NCBI GenBank assembly: GCA_964641245.1
Contig: CAZXML010000003.1
Location: forward strand, 17,395 to 81,394
Reading direction: 5' to 3'
Length of the DNA: 64,000 nt
Origin: an uncultured Gammaproteobacteria bacterium
Lineage (GTDB): Bacteria > Patescibacteriota > Patescibacteriia > Magasanikbacterales > GWA2-37-8
Shown here: one piece after another, positions 58,148-64,000 of the stretch
How positions within the stretch are numbered: the stretch's first letter is position 1
How the letters are laid out: every line of letters starts with the position of its first letter
The notes under the pieces: generated by a model
Databases searched by the model: none
The model's input: only the letters and a program-made list of their open reading frames with translations
Told to the model about the DNA's origin: nothing
Program-made: the position numbers and the translations under genes

Positions 58148-59311
58148 TCACTCACTCATGTCGGTTATCAGCATCGCATCGCCAAAACTAAAAAAACGAT
58201 ACTTTTCGGCAACTGCTTTATCGTAACATCTTAGCACAAACTCTCTATCATTTGCAAGCGCGCAAACCAACATCAGCAAAGTGGACTTTGGCAGATGGAA
58301 ATTGGTAATTAGCGCGTCTACAATTTTAAATTTAAAACCGGGATAAATAAAAATATTGATATCGCCGGAATACGGACGCAAAATTGGAAATTGGAAATTA
58401 GAAATTAGAAATTTTTGGGCAACGCCTTCCAATACTCGAACCGTAGTCGTCCCCACCGCCACCACTCGCCTACCTTCGGCTTTGGCCTGATTTATTAAAT
58501 CGGCATTTTTTGATGTCAGTTCTACCCACTCGCTATGCATACGATGTTCCTCCAAACTTTCGGTTTTCACCGGCAAAAACGTTCCCAATCCCACATGCAA
58601 AGTTACTTCCGCAAATTCCACCCCTTTATCCTTCAATTTTTCTATCAGCTCCGGAGTAAAATGAAACCCGGCCGTTGGCGCCGCCACCGACCCTTCTTCT
58701 TTGGCGTACACCGTTTGGTATCGGTTTGTTAATTGTTCATTGTTAATTGTTAACTGGTCAATATACGGTGGTGTCGGCACTTCCCCATATTTATTCGCTT
58801 TCGCCCGCACCAACATATCGTCCTCTTCAAACTGAATTAAAAAAGTGCCGTCATTTTCTCTTAACATTACTTCAGCGCTAAAGTCCGGAGCAAAAACAAT
58901 TTTCATTCCCAAGCGCAACTTTCTGCCCGGCTTAGCCAGCGCTTTCCACACTTTATTATTTTCCATTGGCTTGACCAAAAAAATTTCTACCGGCGTGGCG
59001 TTTAAAATTTTACCGGTAGTGACTACTTTTCCCACCAAACCATCCGTTTCTTCATCCAACATTATTTGACCGCGCAAACGGGCCTTAAAAACTTTGGTAT
59101 TATTCCAAACCAACAAATCCCCTTTTTTTAAACAATCAACAATATCAAAAAAATGTTTGTCTTCAACTTTTTTTGCTTTTCTATCTAAAACCATCAAACG
59201 CGAACTATCGCGCGGTTCCAACGGAATTTGCGCGATGAGCTGTTTGGGTAAATTATAATCAAAATCAGAGGCTAACATACTAGAGCTTTCTTTTATTCGC
59301 ATTATGCTCAT
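58148..59311 (-). CDS. queA: S-adenosylmethionine:tRNA ribosyltransferase-isomerase
   Basis: 387 aa. IFIYPGFKFKIVDALITNFHLPKSTLLMLV. Contains a (gaaattN)x5 tandem at 58379-58413. Confidence 0.9.
   Translation of the reverse strand: MSIMRIKESSSMLASDFDYNLPKQLIAQIPLEPRDSSRLMVLDRKAKKVEDKHFFDIVDCLKKGDLLVWNNTKVFKARLRGQIMLDEETDGLVGKVVTTGKILNATPVEIFLVKPMENNKVWKALAKPGRKLRLGMKIVFAPDFSAEVMLRENDGTFLIQFEEDDMLVRAKANKYGEVPTPPYIDQLTINNEQLTNRYQTVYAKEEGSVAAPTAGFHFTPELIEKLKDKGVEFAEVTLHVGLGTFLPVKTESLEEHRMHSEWVELTSKNADLINQAKAEGRRVVAVGTTTVRVLEGVAQKFLISNFQFPILRPYSGDINIFIYPGFKFKIVDALITNFHLPKSTLLMLVCALANDREFVLRCYDKAVAEKYRFFSFGDAMLITDMSE
58379..58413. repeat. Heptamer tandem repeat gaaattg/gaaatta x5 inside queA
   Basis: Seen directly. 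Encodes ISNFQFPI, extra relative to typical QueA. Confidence 0.7.
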
Positions 59312-60122
59312 CCAAGGTTTTGCCGTAATAAACCGTTCCGTCTTTGGCTGTTAAAAAATACCAATACGAATTTATTTCCGGATGAAGCGCGGCCTTGATG
59401 GAATCTAAGCCCGGATTGGCTATCGGCCCAAGCGGTAAACCGGGATATTTATATGTATTCCACAGAGAATCAAAGCTTCGTTCTTTGTTGGTGGTAAAAA
59501 CATCACCGGTTTTATTTACAACATAGTGCACGCTGGAATCCAACTGCAACGCCCAATTTTTTTGGTAACGGCGCCACAAAATATCCGCCACTCTGGCTTT
59601 ATCGGCCGGACTTTGCACTTCTTCTTCCAGCAAGCTGGCCATAGTCAAAATTTCAAAATAACTATGACCGGAATTTTTTACATCTTCCCACATCGCCGCG
59701 TCCATTTCCTTATCGCGCTGATTTATTAATTTTTTAAGCACATCCAAAAGAACGGCGTCTTTAAAAACCCGGTAAGTTTCCGGAGCCAAAAACCCTTCGT
59801 AAGAAACATAACCCGGTTTGTAAGACACAACTGAAGATTCATTAATTACCGGCAAACTAATTCCTTTGGTTCGGTAATCCACCGCCGACTTGCCGGTTAT
59901 TTTATAAACATCATCGGTGCTGGAGGCAATACCCAGTTTTACCAGATATTCCGCCACCTGGCGCAAGTTCCACCCGGGAATAATAGTAACGGTTAATTCC
60001 GGTTTGGGAGGAATGGGAGCGTAGTAGCGGACATGGGTTTTTTTGTAATATAAAATACCAGCCAAGGGAATAATTAGGATAAGAACTGCGGAAAATATTA
60101 AGATTTTTTTGTTTAAAGACAT
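59280..60122 (-). CDS. mltG: Endolytic murein transglycosylase MltG (YceG-like)
   Basis: Start MSLNKKILIF. TM anchor. YKYPGLPLGPIANPG signature. Overlaps the queA 5' end by 32 nt. Confidence 0.8.
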   Translation of the reverse strand: MSLNKKILIFSAVLILIIPLAGILYYKKTHVRYYAPIPPKPELTVTIIPGWNLRQVAEYLVKLGIASSTDDVYKITGKSAVDYRTKGISLPVINESSVVSYKPGYVSYEGFLAPETYRVFKDAVLLDVLKKLINQRDKEMDAAMWEDVKNSGHSYFEILTMASLLEEEVQSPADKARVADILWRRYQKNWALQLDSSVHYVVNKTGDVFTTNKERSFDSLWNTYKYPGLPLGPIANPGLDSIKAALHPEINSYWYFLTAKDGTVYYGKTLDEHNANKRKL

Positions 60123-60218
60123 ATTTTTTGGGATTTCACGAATGGGCTTGTGCCCCACGAATTATTCGAATACGATTAGCATTATTCGTGGCGCTCAAGC
60201 GCATTCGCATTATCCAAA

Positions 60219-60905
60219 TTACTCATTCCAGTTCTCTCTCGCCCACTGCAACCTTTCCGGCACGCCAATGTCTATCCACGGCTTGTCAGATTCATAAACA
60301 TACAAATCTTTCATTTTTGGAAAAACATCGTATTCAACACTAAAAGATTTTTCGGCCGGAAAATATTTTTTTGCTTTGGCATTAAACAAATAAATTCCGC
60401 CATTTTGATAGCCGGGCTGATGCAAACCTTCTTTTTCTTTAAACTTTTTTAAATGAAAATTTTTATCATACTCCAACGTGCCGTAGGTGGCGACGTCCTC
60501 CACTTTGGCTCCCAAAATAATTCCATCGCTTTCCGGAGGCAAACATTTTATCATATCTGCCAAATCAACGGCGCTCAAAACATCTCCGTTTAAAATTATG
60601 GTTAGTTCGTCCGGTTTAGAAACATATTCCCACGCATGCTTTATGGCGCCACCGGTTCCCAGTCTTTCTTGCTCAATCGCGTAAATCAAATCAACTCCGT
60701 CTTTGTGCAAGCCGATTTTTTGATGCAAAACTTCCGCCAAATGACCGGCGGCCAGCACAACTTCGGTAATACCCACACTTTTTAATTTTTCCAATTGCCA
60801 ATCCAAAACCGTTTTGCCTTTTATTTCCAGCAAAATTTTAGGAATAGTTTTTGTAATATCTCCCAACCTTGTTGATAATCCTCCGCAAAGAATAATGGCG
60901 TTCAT
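60219..60905 (-). CDS. NDP-sugar pyrophosphorylase (nucleotidyltransferase family)
   Basis: ILCGGLSTRLG + ERLGTGGAI motifs. Confidence 0.7.
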   Translation of the reverse strand: MNAIILCGGLSTRLGDITKTIPKILLEIKGKTVLDWQLEKLKSVGITEVVLAAGHLAEVLHQKIGLHKDGVDLIYAIEQERLGTGGAIKHAWEYVSKPDELTIILNGDVLSAVDLADMIKCLPPESDGIILGAKVEDVATYGTLEYDKNFHLKKFKEKEGLHQPGYQNGGIYLFNAKAKKYFPAEKSFSVEYDVFPKMKDLYVYESDKPWIDIGVPERLQWARENWNE

Positions 60906-60909
60906 ATGT

Positions 60910-61452
60910 CTATTTCTTTTTTAAATTATCCAGATAAGCTAACGCGCGATAAGCACAGATTTCCGCGAAAGCGTCAGGTAATTTGTGTTGTGATAATAAT
61001 TTCTTAAATTCAGGCATAGAAACGGTTAAAATTTCAATATCTTCCGCGTCTTCAAAATTCGGCTCCTGAATTTTGCTCGCGTCCAAGGCCAAAAAATGAT
61101 ACACATCGCCTGTGGTATATTTTCCTTTAATGCTTTTTCCTAAGGCAATAAACTTTTTAGCTGCATAGCCTGTTTCTTCCAGAAGCTCGCGCTTAGCTGT
61201 GGCTTTGGCCTGTTCGTTATCATCAATAATTCCCGCTACCAAAGAAATTAATTTTTTCTGCTGGCCAATGTAGTATTGTTTTAAAATAATCACCCTGCCT
61301 TTGGCGTCAATCGCCAAGACATCCACAAAACTATACCCGGCGGTAATAAAAAAATCCCGGGTCTTCCCATTCGGCAAACGCATTCGCCATGATTGTACTG
61401 AACTTTTATAAGTATTGAGTACAGTTTTCTTCCCAAATAATTTCCAACTCAT
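60910..61452 (-). CDS. NUDIX hydrolase
   Basis: Nudix box GIIDDNEQAKATAKRELLEETGY. Confidence 0.8.
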   Translation of the reverse strand: MSWKLFGKKTVLNTYKSSVQSWRMRLPNGKTRDFFITAGYSFVDVLAIDAKGRVIILKQYYIGQQKKLISLVAGIIDDNEQAKATAKRELLEETGYAAKKFIALGKSIKGKYTTGDVYHFLALDASKIQEPNFEDAEDIEILTVSMPEFKKLLSQHKLPDAFAEICAYRALAYLDNLKKK

Positions 61453-61979
61453 ATATTTAACAAGTTAGTTGTGTAATAGGCTAAAGCCGCTGTAAATGCC
61501 GCCACTCCCATTCCTCCTAAAATATCCAAAGGATAATGCAAACCCGCGTACACCCTGCCCCACATTACCCAGGCGGCCATTGGAATCATGGCCCAAGCGC
61601 CGGGCAAATGAAAAATATAAGCCATAAAAACCAAAAGCCAAGCGGACATGCTGTGATCGGATGGGAATGTTTTCCAACTCATTAAAGGTTGGAATAATAA
61701 TCTGGTTTGAGGGTTGGTAACGTATGGCCGCGGCTCATGCATGGTCATGCTGATTAACAGACTGATCAGCCAACCGACTGCCCAAGCGGCCGCAAAAAAA
61801 ATCAAAGGTAAAAAAACCAGGCGTTTATTCGGCATTCTATCTATTAAAACGCCGGCAATATACCACGCGCCCATAGCAATAACCACCCACTCCGCTCCCG
61901 CGCGCCCAAAACTATCCAGTAGCTTAGATTTGCCTACCAAACCGTTGATTTTGAGAAATATTTTAGTGTTTATGTCCAT
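61449..61979 (-). CDS. PAP2-family phosphatase (undecaprenyl-diphosphatase-like)
   Basis: KTFPSDHS, SAW and RVYAGLHYPLD motifs. 4-5 TM helices. Confidence 0.7.
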   Translation of the reverse strand: MDINTKIFLKINGLVGKSKLLDSFGRAGAEWVVIAMGAWYIAGVLIDRMPNKRLVFLPLIFFAAAWAVGWLISLLISMTMHEPRPYVTNPQTRLLFQPLMSWKTFPSDHSMSAWLLVFMAYIFHLPGAWAMIPMAAWVMWGRVYAGLHYPLDILGGMGVAAFTAALAYYTTNLLNI

Positions 61980-62064
61980 ATAGTTTGATGTATTCTAACA
62001 ACTAACATTCGCTTTGGCAACCCTTGAAATATTTATAAATAATGGTATACTTCTAACGATAAAT

Positions 62065-62138
62065 GCGCCCGTAGCTCAGTGGTTAGAGCACTGCCCTTAT
62101 AAGGCAGGGGTCCTCGGTTCAAGTCCAAGCGGGCGCAC
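62065..62138 (+). tRNA. tRNA-Ile with anticodon TAT (UAU)
   Basis: gcgcccg ta gctcagtggttagagc a ctgcc cTTATAa ggcag gggtc ctcgg ttcaagt ccaag cgggcgc a. Isoleucine-type D-arm. Perfect acceptor and anticodon stems. One C-A mismatch in the T-stem. No encoded CCA. Confidence 0.7.
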
Positions 62139-62152
62139 AAACAGAAGTCCAG

Positions 62153-62182
62153 AAAAAGCCTAAAAATGGGCTTTTTTTGTTT
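62153..62182 (+). terminator. Terminator after tRNA
   Basis: aaaagcctaaaaatgggcttttttt. Confidence 0.6.
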
Positions 62183-62699
62183 AGACTGTATCAATCGGAG
62201 CGACCTCTTTTCTTTTTCAAGGAAAAATGGTACACTTTTTCTATCTTTAGGCAAAAAGGATCCACGCCAAATAACCTGGGATAAGCATATTTTTATGAGC
62301 ATAACACCGGTTCCAAAAAATAGATTCACTGGGAATCAGAGCCTAGGCAGTCAGTTCCGTAAAGGTTCGCTCCACAATAACCCCAAAGCTATGGATGAAC
62401 AAAGCGGCCTTTTAAAATCACAAAGAAATTCCGTTACCAATAAACCCGGACAATTCATATACAAAGGAAATAGAAACTTAAATCCCGCCATAAGAAATCA
62501 CAACGAACATGCCATAACAAGTATTTCTGCAAAGTTCAACACAGCTACTGTTCACGCGATGGGAGACAAAACAACGCTCGCGAGAAAAGGTGAAGAACGC
62601 GCGCATATTTCCGGTAGTGTAAGCGGGCTAATCAAAAAAAGAGCATCGCTAAGCGCCACCACCCCGGTCAAGCCAAGCGCGCCTAAATTACAATTTTAA
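62166..62699 (+). CDS. Doubtful hypothetical ORF (N/S/K-rich, low complexity)
   Basis: Only ORF filling the 520 bp tRNA-rluD gap. No RBS, no domain. It overlaps the tRNA terminator. The region may be noncoding. Confidence 0.2.
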   Translation: MGFFCLDCINRSDLFSFSRKNGTLFLSLGKKDPRQITWDKHIFMSITPVPKNRFTGNQSLGSQFRKGSLHNNPKAMDEQSGLLKSQRNSVTNKPGQFIYKGNRNLNPAIRNHNEHAITSISAKFNTATVHAMGDKTTLARKGEERAHISGSVSGLIKKRASLSATTPVKPSAPKLQF

Positions 62700-62712
62700 A
62701 TTTAAAAATTAA

Positions 62713-63660
62713 ATGCCCTCTCCAGCCAAATTTCAAATACTCAAAAAAGATGATGGCAAAAGGCTGGATGTTTTTTTGGCTAAAAAATTAAAGATAAGCC
62801 GGTCGCAGGCGCAAAAAATGATTGGGATGGAGCAGGTTTATGTGAATAAAAAATTGCCCAAAAAACCGGGCGACAATTTAACCGAGGGCGGTACTATAGA
62901 AATAAAAAAACCTAAATTAACCGTGGCGGCTTCGGAAAAAAAGGCGGCCGGGCAGGTTAAATATGATGTTGAGATAATCTCCGTAACGCCGGACTATGTG
63001 GTGGTAGACAAACCCACCGGCATGCTTTCCCACGCCACCATGGCCGGAGAAAAAAATACTTTGGCGAATTTCATTACCAAAAAATACCCGGGCGTAAAAA
63101 AGGTCGGCGACGACCCCATGCGCCCGGGCATAGTGCACCGGTTAGATAAAGAAGCTTCCGGTTTAATGGTAATCGCGCGAACACAAAAAATGTTCAACCA
63201 TTTAAAGGAACAATTTAAAAACAGAACAATAGAAAAGGAATACCTGGCCTTAGCGCACGAACCAATGGCCCGAAATTGGGATGAAATTAATTTTCCTATT
63301 TCCCGCTCGGAAACATCGGACCGCATGGCCGCTATTCCCGCTGGTGAAGCCAGCCGGGGCAAAGAAGCAAAAACGGAATTTTCGGTAGAGAAAAACTTTA
63401 TTAATTTTTCCCTCATACGCGTAAAAATCCACACCGGCCGTATGCACCAAATTCGCGTACACCTGTTGGCCTACAACCATCCGATAGTTGGCGATCCGCT
63501 TTACTTCCAAAAAAAACAAAAACGCAACTGGGATGAAAGACTGGGTCGGCTTTTTTTACATTCCACAAAATTAGGCTTCACGGATTTGGATGGAAACCGT
63601 CAGACTTTCGAGTTACCACTACCAAAGGAATTAGACGAATTTCTGACACTACTTAAGTAA
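62713..63660 (+). CDS. rluD: RluA-family 23S rRNA pseudouridine synthase (RluD-like) with N-terminal S4 domain
   Basis: HRLDKEASGLMVIAR catalytic motif. Confidence 0.85.
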   Translation: MPSPAKFQILKKDDGKRLDVFLAKKLKISRSQAQKMIGMEQVYVNKKLPKKPGDNLTEGGTIEIKKPKLTVAASEKKAAGQVKYDVEIISVTPDYVVVDKPTGMLSHATMAGEKNTLANFITKKYPGVKKVGDDPMRPGIVHRLDKEASGLMVIARTQKMFNHLKEQFKNRTIEKEYLALAHEPMARNWDEINFPISRSETSDRMAAIPAGEASRGKEAKTEFSVEKNFINFSLIRVKIHTGRMHQIRVHLLAYNHPIVGDPLYFQKKQKRNWDERLGRLFLHSTKLGFTDLDGNRQTFELPLPKELDEFLTLLK

Positions 63661-63667
63661 TTTAAAT

Positions 63668-63756
63668 TGTCATTGCGAGCAAAGCGAAGCAATCCCAAAG
63701 TACTGGTAGTGCCGGACAGTGGGATTGCCGCGTCGCTACGGCTCCTCGCAATGACA
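63668..63756. repeat. Family C palindromic element (twin of 23124-23211)
   Basis: tgtcattgcgagcaaagcgaagcaatccc...gggattgccgcgtcgctacggctcctcgcaatgaca. Confidence 0.85.
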
Positions 63757-63766
63757 ACTAAATTGT

Positions 63767-64000
63767 ATGCAAAATAACCCCGGATTATTAATAATCATCT
63801 CCTCCCCCACTGGCGGCGGCAAAGACGCGGTAATCGCCCGTCTTTTAAAAATGTTCCCTAATGCCATCCGTTTAGTCACCACCACCTCGCGCCCTCCCCG
63901 CCCTACAGACAAGGAAGGCGTGACATATAATTTTTTATCACAGGAGGAATTTGAAAATAAAATAAAACAGGGATACTTTTTGGAATACAACAACTGCGTC
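63767..64000 (+). CDS. gmk: Guanylate kinase (partial; runs off the window end)
   Basis: MQNNPGLLIIISSPTGGGKDAVIARLL...VTTTSRPPRPTDKEGVTYNFLSQEEFENKIKQGYFLEYN matches the P-loop GxxGxGK region and the TTRxPRxGE region of Gmk. Confidence 0.6.
   Translation, partial: MQNNPGLLIIISSPTGGGKDAVIARLLKMFPNAIRLVTTTSRPPRPTDKEGVTYNFLSQEEFENKIKQGYFLEYNNCV

Overview
This 64 kb window looks like a compact, AT-rich genome of the Patescibacteria/CPR type. That guess rests on dense housekeeping content, few biosynthetic genes, tiny intergenic regions and frequent TTG/GTG starts. About 80% of genes are on the minus strand. Recognisable genes, left to right: a PBP2-like transpeptidase (partial), gpsA, ndk, a YraN nuclease, a SAM methyltransferase, tRNA-Leu(GAG), a DAG-kinase-like lipid kinase, a bactofilin, an orphan histidine kinase, and the argS-tyrS-valS cluster. 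These are followed by a DHH phosphoesterase (nrnA-like), two tandem gpmI paralogs, eno, a SIMPL protein, pgk, a D-Ala-D-Ala carboxypeptidase, scpB/scpA, aspS, and a NYN/MazG-like/hypothetical block. Then come gap, a GIY-YIG nuclease, rlmI, a surface protein with a peptidoglycan-binding domain, tsf, rpsB, a TPR secreted protein, a Fic protein, a class A PBP, rpmE, prfA, prmC, a DUF3048 protein and rplY. The window ends with ftsW/rodA, a metalloprotease pair, gyrB, secE-nusG-rplK, a GC-rich lipoprotein, queA, mltG, an NDP-sugar pyrophosphorylase, a NUDIX hydrolase, a PAP2 phosphatase, tRNA-Ile(TAT), rluD and gmk (partial). No rRNA and no CRISPR array were found. Apart from genes, the window is full of short palindromic MITE/REP-like repeats that all end in tgtcat...atgaca. 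There are several families (A to G, named ad hoc here), at least 20 copies in total. They are often nested, sometimes inserted in-frame inside genes, and sometimes supply start or stop codons. One family's terminal inverted repeats enclose a GIY-YIG ORF, which may be the autonomous progenitor of that family. A roughly 90 bp promoter/leader element with an 11 bp inverted repeat recurs upstream of ndk, the bactofilin gene and secE. Several strongly GC-rich genes (about 55-60% GC, against about 42-45% for neighbours) form compositional islands. One of these (16833-17535) combines a consensus TTGACA-17-TATACT promoter, an AAGGAG RBS and a GC hairpin terminator. It also carries a KpnI-BamHI-NcoI(+SacII) polylinker-like site cluster, so it looks like an engineered or vector-derived cassette. 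Coordinates may be off by 1-2 nt in places, because one displayed sequence line is 59 characters long.
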